DNA of 64,000 nt. Source: a virus. The position numbers and the translations under genes were made by a program. Of this stretch, positions 42,024-51,569 are shown piece by piece. Numbering within the stretch: position 1 is the first letter of the stretch; every line of letters starts with the position of its first letter. The notes under the pieces were generated by a model, which saw only the letters and a program-made list of their open reading frames with translations, made no database searches and had not been told where the DNA came from. The stretch is from positions 1 through 64,000 of IMG/VR virus record IMGVR_UViG_3300005264_000010, one strand, 5' to 3'.

Positions 42024-42893
42024 ATGAAATTTGAATATGGCGATATAAAAACGACTGATGATTTTATACAAAGAGAAAAAGAATTATCAAAAACTGAAGG
42101 TGGTAGAACTCTATTAAAAAATATTAATAGAGCTTATTTATCAAGACTAATTGATACAACACAAATTGCTTATAACCCAAAATCAGTTATTGGTAATTTT
42201 GCTAGTCACTTTACAGATATAGTAAGACCAAATAAATTTATTATTAGATTTACTTATGAAGATATGGAATGGTCAGATGATTTTGCATTAGAAATTTTAA
42301 CTAAAACAGTTACTGCTCCATCTATTACTACTAATAAAATGACATTTAAAAGGGCAGGGAAGACAGTTAAAATTCCTCTTAATCAAGATGTTGCTGATAA
42401 TATTGAATTAGCTTTTTATCAAGATGTTGATAATAAAGTTTTAAATGATATTGTATATTTAATTAACAATCAAAATGAAGCTGGTTATCATGACAAATCA
42501 AAAATTATTAATTTATCCATTTATTATATGATTAGTATTAATAAAAGTGAAGGATTTACTAGTTCATTAACCGATCTTGCTCTTGATTTCTTTGATATAA
42601 ATTTAGGTTATAGAAATAGTGGTAATAATGAACCTCAAATACTGAATGGTTCTTTGAATACTACAGATAAAATAGTTGAATTAAAATATAAGAATATATT
42701 CATTGATAATATTTCAGGTATTGGTGATATGGATAATGAGAGAGTTGATACTTATAGTGAAGCTAAAATGTCATTAGGGTTTAATGGAGTTAGTATGTCT
42801 ATGTGGGATTGGAATAAAACCATGCCATCTAATAATGATAATGGCATGAAATTAAATGATAATGCTGAAGATGAACAAATAGTAGAATTTTAA
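42024..42893 (+). CDS. Tail-tube-fold baseplate protein (gp54/gp48-like)
   Basis: RPNKFIIRF, KTVTAPS, ELAFYQD motifs of the gp19 fold. Confidence 0.6.
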   Translation: MKFEYGDIKTTDDFIQREKELSKTEGGRTLLKNINRAYLSRLIDTTQIAYNPKSVIGNFASHFTDIVRPNKFIIRFTYEDMEWSDDFALEILTKTVTAPSITTNKMTFKRAGKTVKIPLNQDVADNIELAFYQDVDNKVLNDIVYLINNQNEAGYHDKSKIINLSIYYMISINKSEGFTSSLTDLALDFFDINLGYRNSGNNEPQILNGSLNTTDKIVELKYKNIFIDNISGIGDMDNERVDTYSEAKMSLGFNGVSMSMWDWNKTMPSNNDNGMKLNDNAEDEQIVEF

Positions 42894-42913
42894 TTATCTC
42901 CCACATCTATTTT

Positions 42914-43414
42914 CTAGCTAAGTCCAGCTACTCCACTTTCTAATTTACCATTATGAGCAACCATAGAAACAGCAAAACCACTACCCTCAATCATATTTAA
43001 CCATTGCTCATAAGTCGCTTTCGTCTGCCCAAAACTAGAAGCATCATTATCAAATAACCATGTTGCTAATTCTTTGGGAGTTCTAAAAGCAGGACTAATT
43101 GGAGTTCCTTCTGATGTAGTTTCATACATCATGAAATGTGTTTTTTCTTCTTCTTTCCAAGTAGGCATATAATCCCTTGAATCTGGAGCAGTATCATAAT
43201 AATCTTCAAAATGCATATTTTTATACTTTGTGTCGATAGATTTTAATTTTTTTGTTTCCCAATCTTCTTCATAACCATTATCAAAATTCTTCTTCAATTC
43301 TAACCACTTGTTAAATTCTTTTTCATAATTCATTTCATACATTGCATGATAATTACCGTTTTCTTGTTTTGGATGTTCCCAATTTTCAGGAACCATTCTA
43401 ACTTCTCTACCCAT
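42914..43414 (-). CDS. Conserved phage hypothetical protein
   Basis: MGREVRMVP.NWEHPK, MYETTSEGTPISP. Confidence 0.6.
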   Translation of the reverse strand: MGREVRMVPENWEHPKQENGNYHAMYEMNYEKEFNKWLELKKNFDNGYEEDWETKKLKSIDTKYKNMHFEDYYDTAPDSRDYMPTWKEEEKTHFMMYETTSEGTPISPAFRTPKELATWLFDNDASSFGQTKATYEQWLNMIEGSGFAVSMVAHNGKLESGVAGLS

Positions 43415-44528
43415 CCTAATTCTCCTTTTTATTTTAAATACCCCAATATTCTAATTCATCATCTTCATTATCAAGAAATGATTGTAAATGATAAACAGTG
43501 CCACCTCCAACATCTTCAGAAATACAAAATCCATCTCCTGGTAAGTATGAAATAGTATATTTCCCTCTTTCTGATTTTGTCATACTGTCAAAGAGTTGCT
43601 CAAAATCACTCTCAATACTTACTAATTCATCATATTTCTTATTTACACCATCTAATTTTTTTGATAATATTTCTTTTTGTTTTCTAGTAAGGTTCATTTA
43701 TTTCTCCCTATTTATTATTTTCAACCACTCTCTAAATAATTCAAGTTCCTTATAGCCTAAACTATTATTTAATACTTCTAGCATTTCTCTAGTAATAAGA
43801 CTATTATTACTTATTTTTACTATTTCATGTAATTGTAATTTCATCTACATTAACTCCCTTAATTTATTTGCTAGTGATTTAATATTATTTTCAGTAGTAT
43901 TATCTATATTTTGATCATAGTTAGTTAGGTATTTATTGGAAATTTTAATAAATCTATTAAAAAATAATTTAATATACTTATCTAAATCTATATCTTTCGT
44001 TAGTTTATCTAATGGGAATTTAATAACTTCATCTAAGTATCCAGTTAATTGTTGAGTTTTAGTATGTATCAATTCATACTCATCATCAACTAAATATAGA
44101 GTATCCTCAGTTATATCTCTTAAATAATGATATGATAAATAAGTAGTGCATAATATTTTATGCTGATGAGCTTTCATAGAGCCATTACATAAATCTGTGG
44201 TGTTAGAAATTAAATATTTTCTAATATCCATTTCCATTAACTTAAATAATAAATATTTTTCTCTTTTAGTCATTTTTTATCTCTGCTGGGAACACCTCTC
44301 CAATTAGTTGGACCTGATAATCTATAATATACTCAATATTTACTAACATAGATTTCATTTCCTCTTCAGTATATTCTTTAACATAACAGCTATCTGTATT
44401 TTCACTCATCTTCATTCTCCTTTTAGTTTTAAATTAACCTACAACTACAATATAACAATAAAAATCTAAAAGGTCAAGCTTTATTTTAATACTTTTATAA
44501 ATATAATTAAACAATAGGAGAAATAATT

Positions 44529-45248
44529 ATGAATGACTTTGCTTGGAGTAAATTAAAACTACCTGTATATGGTAAAGAAGTAAATATTAAAAATTGGAAC
44601 TATCTTGAAGATGTTGAATTAAATAAGAAAATATCTCAAACAGAAAATTCAGAAGATAAAATTAAAATAATTCTTGAATTTCTAAAAGATCATGTTAAAG
44701 AGAAAAAAGTATTTGATGAACTAACAGATGTGGATATATATAAAATTTTGTTTGTACTTCGCAACAACTCAAAAGGGAATGAGATTAAGTATATGTGGAA
44801 ATGTTTCAATGAAGATTTTAATGGTAAGCAATGTCCAGCTCATAATCAATATCAACACACAGCTTTAGATATTATAAAAGAAGTACAATATAAAGTAAGT
44901 AAAGTTGAAGATAAAAAATTAGATGATAGATATACTATTAAATTCAAAAATATTAGCTTCCTTAATAAATTGAAAATTATAAATAATATAAGCACAACAG
45001 AAGAACTTAAATATCAATTAGTATTAGGTAGTATTGAATCTATTATTAGAGATGATGAATTAATTAATTTTAGTAGTAATAAAGAATTAGATAAGTTCTT
45101 GAAAAATATAGAGCCAAAATATGTTTATAAAATAATTGAAAGTTATAAAGATAATGTTAGTAGTGTTGATATATTAAAGAAAAATGTTTGTAGTAAATGT
45201 GGATCTATAAATGATTTAGTTATAGGTGATTTTAGTTTTTTTTTATAG
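44529..45248 (+). CDS. Baseplate hub/tail assembly chaperone (gp26-like)
   Basis: LKLPV.GKEV, LR..SKG.EI, CxxC pair near the end, SFF at the C-terminus; late promoter at 44496. Confidence 0.75.
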   Translation: MNDFAWSKLKLPVYGKEVNIKNWNYLEDVELNKKISQTENSEDKIKIILEFLKDHVKEKKVFDELTDVDIYKILFVLRNNSKGNEIKYMWKCFNEDFNGKQCPAHNQYQHTALDIIKEVQYKVSKVEDKKLDDRYTIKFKNISFLNKLKIINNISTTEELKYQLVLGSIESIIRDDELINFSSNKELDKFLKNIEPKYVYKIIESYKDNVSSVDILKKNVCSKCGSINDLVIGDFSFFL

Positions 45249-45394
45249 CCAGCACCATATCACCAATTGAATATTTTAATGATTTAATATTCTTAAAAAG
45301 TAATGGTAATAGCTGGCAGAAATCAGAAATTGATATAATGAGACCAATAGAGGTTGAAATAATTAAAAATTTGATATTAGGTAACAACAAATGA
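45236..45394 (+). CDS. -1 frame extension of the gp26-like gene (gp51-like small domain)
   Basis: T9 run, then an open -1 frame IASTISPIEYFNDLIFL...WQKSEIDIMRPIEVEII..L with no start codon or SD at its 5' end. Confidence 0.65.
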   Translation, partial: FFFIASTISPIEYFNDLIFLKSNGNSWQKSEIDIMRPIEVEIIKNLILGNNK

Positions 45395-45753
45395 AAAGTA
45401 ACTTAGATAGCTTAATAAGTGATAGTAATAAATCTATACTTAAAGAAAATGATTTTAATATTGATGACTATGGTAATATTATAATTAAATCAATCCCTAA
45501 AAATAATATAATAGTTATTGATGGTGATAATATTGAAATTATAAATAAGAATAGTAAGATAATTATTAAAGAAGATTTGACCATTGAAGCAAAAGATATA
45601 AATATAGTATGTGAGAATTTAACTGCTGATATTTCTGGAAATATTGATTTAGGTGAAAATGGTGGTAGTGTAATAACAACTTTAACTCATCCAATGTGTT
45701 ATGCAACAGGTGCTAAAATATTAGGAAGTCAAACTGTGAGGTGTAAGTCGTGA
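45391..45753 (+). CDS. Baseplate spike-like beta-rich protein
   Basis: Repeating IIIK.D..IEAK strands; terminal V.T..HP.C..TGA..LGS.TV. Confidence 0.5.
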   Translation: MKSNLDSLISDSNKSILKENDFNIDDYGNIIIKSIPKNNIIVIDGDNIEIINKNSKIIIKEDLTIEAKDINIVCENLTADISGNIDLGENGGSVITTLTHPMCYATGAKILGSQTVRCKS

Positions 45754-46016
45754 TAACTAAAGAGCTAATAAAAACAAAGCTAGATTATATTAAAAATTTA
45801 GAGATTTCAGATCCAGATGAATATAGTGATAAGATGGCAGATATGATATTTGAGATATTTCAAGAATTAGTAATAACAATACCAATTGGGAATGTAGTAA
45901 TTGGTGCAACTGGTGGAGTAAATAATCCAGTTCCAATGATATTATCAACAAATGTGGAACAAATATAGTAAATTTATAAATAAAAGTATAATAATTAAAA
46001 TAGAAAGGAATAAAAT

Positions 46017-46487
46017 ATGAATTTTAAAGATTTAATAAACAAAGTAAATAACAATATAACAGAAGATATTGATGCTGAAGAAATGGAAGCTGGTTTGGAA
46101 ATGACGGAGTTATTTGACACTTTGGCGGAAGAATTAGACAATAATCAAGTTGGATTAGCTCTTATTGATGTATTAGAGCAAGTATATAATAATTCTGATG
46201 AGAATGTTAAAGATGTTATAACTGAAAGTATTTTTGATGTGTTTGAGGATGATAGCTTAGATGGAGTTGTTCATGAAGATGAGCTTGATGAGAAAAAGAA
46301 AATTAAAATCTCAAAAATAGATAAACTCACAAGAAAAAAAGATTATAGAAGAAATAAGCAGAAAATTAAGAAAGCCTCCAGATTAATGAGAAAGACTTCT
46401 AAATTTAAAAAGTCACAAAAGAAAAAGAAAAGAATGAATAAGCGCGGATTGACTGGATCAGGAAAAAGAATTGTGAGCTATATATAG
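46017..46487 (+). CDS. Prohead core-like protein (acidic N-terminus, basic C-terminus; gp68-like)
   Basis: Late promoter at 45975; NITE, VITE, LDE cleavage-like sites; K/R-rich tail ending RGL. Confidence 0.5.
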   Translation: MNFKDLINKVNNNITEDIDAEEMEAGLEMTELFDTLAEELDNNQVGLALIDVLEQVYNNSDENVKDVITESIFDVFEDDSLDGVVHEDELDEKKKIKISKIDKLTRKKDYRRNKQKIKKASRLMRKTSKFKKSQKKKKRMNKRGLTGSGKRIVSYI

Positions 46488-46567
46488 AATTTAAGTAAAT
46501 ACGAATATGATGTGGAGTGGTTACCCATCATAAGAAAAGGGCAACTCGTCCTATTTCTCCTCCAAAG

Positions 46568-46606
46568 GAAATGGCTAATAACAAATTTAATGTTATTAGC
46601 CATTTC
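46568..46606. terminator. Long hairpin/terminator between convergent units
   Basis: GAAATGGCTAATAACA...TGTTATTAGCCATTTC inverted repeat. Confidence 0.7.
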
Positions 46607-46615
46607 TGATTTAGC

Positions 46616-46690
46616 TTCATAAGTAGTGTTTAATTCGATTTCTTATCAAAGATACATAATTATATAGAAAACAATTTAAAGTTGAAGTAA
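46616..46690 (+). repeat. Dispersed non-coding element, copy 3
   Basis: TTCATAAGTAGTGTTTAA...AGATACATAATTATATAGAA...AATTTAAAGTTGAAGTAA, shared with 29778-29852. Confidence 0.8.
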
Positions 46691-47154
46691 GCTAACTGTT
46701 TGACACTTTAAAATGAATATTACTTATTATGCTTCTTCTTATTCAAATGATAAACTATAAATCCTCCAAAAAATACTACACATGATACTATAAATCCTAT
46801 TGTACTTGGTTCCATTACATCTCCTTTAATTTATATTTTTCTATAAAATATTCTAAATAACTAATATCTAAATTTATGAACAAGAAATAATCTATTCTTT
46901 TACTCATTGTAGAAAATCCAGTTTCAATATAATCCCTATTACCATACTCTGGAGTAAATGGCATCACCCTATGAATAAAAACAGTATGACAACTTTTATA
47001 TTCATACATATCTAGTATTTCTTCATATGATATACTAGCAGATTCTCTACTAAATGATTTTGAACAATCTAATTTATCAATTTTAACTTCATAAGATTTA
47101 TCTTTAGCATCATTGAATAATTTAATCATATCAGCATTTTTTATATCGTAGAAT

Positions 47155-47577
47155 TTATGAGACATTGTTATCTTCTATGTTAGTTATGTACTCTTCAATT
47201 TCTTCTTCTTCAAAACCTGTCCAAGTCATTTCCCAAAGACAGTGAGTAATTATATCCAATTCAGAATAATCAATAAGCGAATTTTCTGTTAGCTCCATAC
47301 CTAACCATTCATTCCATTTTGTATATTCAATAGCATAACCAATTTCTTCACCTTCAATTAAACCACTAACTGATGTATATTCTTCTTCATTCCATTTACT
47401 AATTGAGACTAGAAATATATCTAAAAGCATACTTGAATTGACTGGTTCCATAACTTTCAGTTTATTAAATACATGTTCATAACCATCAATATTAATATCT
47501 TGATCTGGATATAATACTAACATTCTAGTTTTTATCTCTTGAAAATTATATTTTAGTATTAGTTCTTTAAATTTCAT
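47155..47577 (-). CDS. Conserved hypothetical protein (DUF6557-like)
   Basis: W.EWLGME...II.HCLWEMTW.GF.E motif. Confidence 0.55.
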   Translation of the reverse strand: MKFKELILKYNFQEIKTRMLVLYPDQDINIDGYEHVFNKLKVMEPVNSSMLLDIFLVSISKWNEEEYTSVSGLIEGEEIGYAIEYTKWNEWLGMELTENSLIDYSELDIITHCLWEMTWTGFEEEEIEEYITNIEDNNVS

Positions 47578-47622
47578 TTGTTACTCCAGAAATTTTATTA
47601 AATAAATCTTTAGCTTACTTTG

Positions 47623-48864
47623 TTATATTACAATTTCAAAAATTGTTTTTCCTACGTGACATTTATCTTCACTTTTAGCATTATATGCTTCTAAATGTTC
47701 ATCTATATCATAACCAACAATATCACCAGTTTCTTGTAAATCAATTTTATATGAATCAATCCCATCTTTACTTACAATATGTATATTCTGTGAAGCTCTT
47801 GAAGTTAATTGTAAACTATTTTCAGAATAAGCATTTGCACCAACTAAACTACCCGATCTCGCATAAGTTTCTGAGATGAGTGCCTGGTGGATATGCCCAA
47901 AAATTACAAAATCTATTCTTATTCCTCTACTTGAATACTTTCTAATTGATTTAGTGACTCCATTTTCAGGATTAGCACTATATCCTTTTTGGTGACCATG
48001 TAATAATAGTATATTTTTACCTCCAATATTAATAACATCTTCTAATGGAGTATCTGGTTCTTTAAATGTTACACTATCACTTTCTTTGAATATGAATTTT
48101 AGGAAATTAAAGATTGTCCAATCAAAATTATCTGTAGTAATGACATCAACCCATCCAATATCATCATCCATACGGCTTTCGTTTCCAGTTACAGCAGTTA
48201 CAACTATATTATAATCTTCATTTAACTCTGATATTACTTGTTGTAAAAGTTGAACAGCTAAGAAAGTTGCTTTTGATCTATTAGTTGCTTGTGATAATAA
48301 TTCGTCAAGACGACGCGACGAGTTCATCAAATCTCCACCCAAAGTTACCAGCACAGTTGAAATATTTCTCAATGAAAATTGTTCTTTTGATTTAATAACC
48401 ATTTTCTTTAATCTCTTCGATGCGACACTAAATGAATATTTATTGCTTGGAAGGTCAACCAATTCATTAAAATGGGAATCAAAAATTGAAAATATCGCCA
48501 CTGAATCATCATTTATACTTTCATGTCTAATGGTATTCTTTACTATATTATTCTCTTTAAGTATATTAATTAGTTCTTTGCTATACTCCTCAACTGCATT
48601 CTCGATCCTCGCTTGCTCTCTGAAACTTTTTCTTTCTACCCGATTTTTATCCTGAAACTTCTGCTTCTGTTTAGCTAACCTAACATTCTCAGCAACTATT
48701 TCTTCATCTGGATCTACTTCAACGACAACCTCGTTTTCTTCATCTAAAAATACACTAAACTTTCTTTCACAATCTTTACATTTATATACTTGGTTAGTTC
48801 CTTTTGAATTATAACTGAAACCGTATTTGTTTACTTCTAATGATTCACATCTTGGACAATTCAA
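47623..48864 (-). CDS. Calcineurin-like metallophosphoesterase with an N-terminal Zn ribbon
   Basis: DSHFNE, GGDL, GNE, HGH, GHIH motifs; CPRC...YKCKDC ribbon; late promoter at 48891-48898 (-). Confidence 0.75.
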   Translation of the reverse strand: MNCPRCESLEVNKYGFSYNSKGTNQVYKCKDCERKFSVFLDEENEVVVEVDPDEEIVAENVRLAKQKQKFQDKNRVERKSFREQARIENAVEEYSKELINILKENNIVKNTIRHESINDDSVAIFSIFDSHFNELVDLPSNKYSFSVASKRLKKMVIKSKEQFSLRNISTVLVTLGGDLMNSSRRLDELLSQATNRSKATFLAVQLLQQVISELNEDYNIVVTAVTGNESRMDDDIGWVDVITTDNFDWTIFNFLKFIFKESDSVTFKEPDTPLEDVINIGGKNILLLHGHQKGYSANPENGVTKSIRKYSSRGIRIDFVIFGHIHQALISETYARSGSLVGANAYSENSLQLTSRASQNIHIVSKDGIDSYKIDLQETGDIVGYDIDEHLEAYNAKSEDKCHVGKTIFEIVI

Positions 48865-50266
48865 TATGTTCTCCTTATATTAATTAAAAATATTTATAAA
48901 CTATTTAATTTTAATATCCACACTCAAAACATCGAGTAAAAGAAAACTAACTATCTCGTTTTTATCTTCAACTGTCACGCTATCATTACTTATAATCATA
49001 GTGCAATTTTCATAAATAAAGAACTCTACACAACTATTTATTTTAACTTCTACAATTACTGATTTAATCATTATAAATTTCTCCTATAATTTTTAATATT
49101 GAATTATCAACATTGTTCCACTCTCTACCATAATTTTCTGGTGGGTATAATTTCATACTACATTCATTTCCATTGGTGTCTGTAATAATAAATAAAGGAG
49201 ATTTCTCAATACCATATATCTTATCTAATACTAAATTACCAATATTAACTTCTTGTGTATACTCTTCATAAATATCAGTATCAGTAGTAAAAGTACACAT
49301 ACCATCTATTTCACCACTTGGGAATAATTTAACACTACAATAACTACCCCAAATTTCTAATACCTCATATTCATAACTAGTATTATTTTTACTATGCACT
49401 ATATCACCTACTTTAAATGACATCATTATCCTCCATTATGTAAATTATAATTATAAACAATAGTGAAACAAATATTAATTCTAAACTCATATCTACATCC
49501 CATTATCTTCTATTTGCTGTTTTCTTAATTTATCCATATCAAGTGAATATTTCTTTTCATTAGTAGAATTATTTTCACTATACTCATGAATTGCTATTAG
49601 TTCTTGCCTACAATATGAACACTTAAATCTTACAACCCTATCATTAATATCTTCTTGAACTTGAGTATGGCAAGTAGGACAAACATAAGATGTTTTAATA
49701 ACTGTTATTAATTTCTCTATTATATAGACTTCTTTGGCTCGCTTAGTTACTTTCATTTTATTAACTCCATTGAAATATCCTTTAAATATTTACTATTCTT
49801 AATAAATTCTTCACAAAATCTTCTATATTTACATTGCCCACATCCCATATGCTTTAAATCGCTCATATATTCACTACAATGATTTATCATATTTATTAAT
49901 TTATCATTTGATGATCTGTCTACTTTATGAACTTCACTAATCATTTACTTCTCCATTATATTCTTTTCCATCAATTTTAAAATCTTTTTTATTTAACGCT
50001 TTTGAACAATAACTTTCACAATCTTCACAAACTAAATTTTGCTCTATTAAATCTTTAATCATTTGGAATCTTAAATACTGATAATATTTATCACAAAATG
50101 AACATTGCTCAACTTGATCAAATCTCAAGTGTTTACAATCTTCTGAGCAATATAACATTATGTATTTAGAAAATTCTGGACTATCAACTATTATTGCTTT
50201 AATATCTTCTGTTTCAAAAGTTTTAGTTTTCATTTAATTCACCTTTAATATAATATAACTATTTGA

Positions 50267-51436
50267 TTACAAATCTACTACACTACTCTTTCCATCTAGT
50301 ATCATAAACTTAAAATTATATCCTGCTTCTATACAAGCTTTTTGTTTAAGTAAATTAATTTCGTTATATTTGTTATAAGTCCATAAACTCTTTACTTCTA
50401 TTATCAGATTATCTTTTTCTATATAAATATCAGGATAATATCTATGCTTCTTTTCATCTTCTGTATAATACCATATACTAGGTATTTTCTTTCTCGATAC
50501 TTCTATTTCATCTTCATGATAGCTTTCTAATAATATATCTAATGCTTGCGGTTCATATCCTTGAACTTTAACTATTTTATTAGATGGAAATTTATATTCT
50601 TTCCACTTAAATCCAGATTTTTGATTTTTCTCATGAAACTCAGGAACTTGCATTGAATTATCAACTCCATACTTTAAATTCATAGTTTCTATATATGATA
50701 CTTTCCATCTGTCATAACTATTTAATCCATTTTCATCTATATTATTAAGTTTTGTTTCTCTATTCTTTTCTGGATTATTATAATTTTTGTCTTCATATAA
50801 ATCTTCTTTGGTTTTCATTGATTTAATGACAATTCTATCATAACTATTTAATCCATTTTCATCAATATCTTCTAATTTAGTTTTAACTATTTGCGATGGA
50901 TTATTATAATTTTTATCTCCATATAAATCTAGTTTAGTTTCAATGGCTTGCTCTCTATTCACAAAGAACTCATCTCCATATAAATCTAGTTTAGTTGATT
51001 TACATTTTATTAATGCTTTATCATGAGAGTTCATTCCCATTTCATCTACTTCTAGCTTAGTTTTATTTGCTTGTTTTGAATTATTATAATTTTCATCATT
51101 ATATCTATCCTTTTTAGTTTTATTAGATTTCTCTCTGTTATTATAATTTTGATCTCCATATTTTTCTAATAAATTCTTTTTAGTTTTATCTATTTTTTCT
51201 TTATTTGAATTCGAGCATTTTGAATCACAATATGTTCTATATCCTTTACTGAATCCCCTAAAATTAGTTTCTTTACTACAGCTTTTACAAGTACCCTCTC
51301 CAGCTTTCTTAAAATTTTCATCATAATATTCTTGAGATGTCATTTTATGAAATTTTTTAAGGTGTATTGCTAAAATATTGAGTTTATGACAATTTTCATT
51401 GCATATAATACAAGTAGTATCTGTAGGTGTGCTCAT
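50267..51436 (-). CDS. Free-standing homing-endonuclease-like protein, paralog of 310..1365
   Basis: Zn finger, repeated YGD.NYNN and IDENGLNSYDR modules, RYYPDIYIEKDNLIIEVKS nuclease. Confidence 0.75.
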   Translation of the reverse strand: MSTPTDTTCIICNENCHKLNILAIHLKKFHKMTSQEYYDENFKKAGEGTCKSCSKETNFRGFSKGYRTYCDSKCSNSNKEKIDKTKKNLLEKYGDQNYNNREKSNKTKKDRYNDENYNNSKQANKTKLEVDEMGMNSHDKALIKCKSTKLDLYGDEFFVNREQAIETKLDLYGDKNYNNPSQIVKTKLEDIDENGLNSYDRIVIKSMKTKEDLYEDKNYNNPEKNRETKLNNIDENGLNSYDRWKVSYIETMNLKYGVDNSMQVPEFHEKNQKSGFKWKEYKFPSNKIVKVQGYEPQALDILLESYHEDEIEVSRKKIPSIWYYTEDEKKHRYYPDIYIEKDNLIIEVKSLWTYNKYNEINLLKQKACIEAGYNFKFMILDGKSSVVDL

Positions 51437-51439
51437 AAT

Positions 51440-51533
51440 AATCTCCTTACGATTTATGAATATAATATTGAAGAGAAGGTAATCTAACCTTGTAAGGAAA
51501 GATTAGAAGGTTAATTAGACCTGTCCCTTCTCT
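51440..51533 (-). ncRNA. Structured leader RNA B upstream of endonuclease 50267..51436
   Basis: Minus strand: P1 AGAGAAGG/CCTTCTCT; P2 AGGT-CTAATTA-ACCT; P3 TCTAATCTT/AAGGTTAGA with loop TCCTTAC complementary to GTAAGGA at the SD (51444-51450); TATAAATA just upstream. Confidence 0.7.
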
Positions 51534-51569
51534 ATTTTATTTATATTTATAAAACTACTATTTCAAAGA

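Noticed and set aside
46506-46564. tRNA (GGAGTGGTTA D-loop-like string and a nearby CCA)
   Set aside because: No TTCRA T-loop or 7-bp acceptor stem could be drawn
48750-48864. IS1 element
   Set aside because: Only the Zn ribbon resembles InsA. It is fused to a phosphoesterase, with no DDE domain or terminal inverted repeats.
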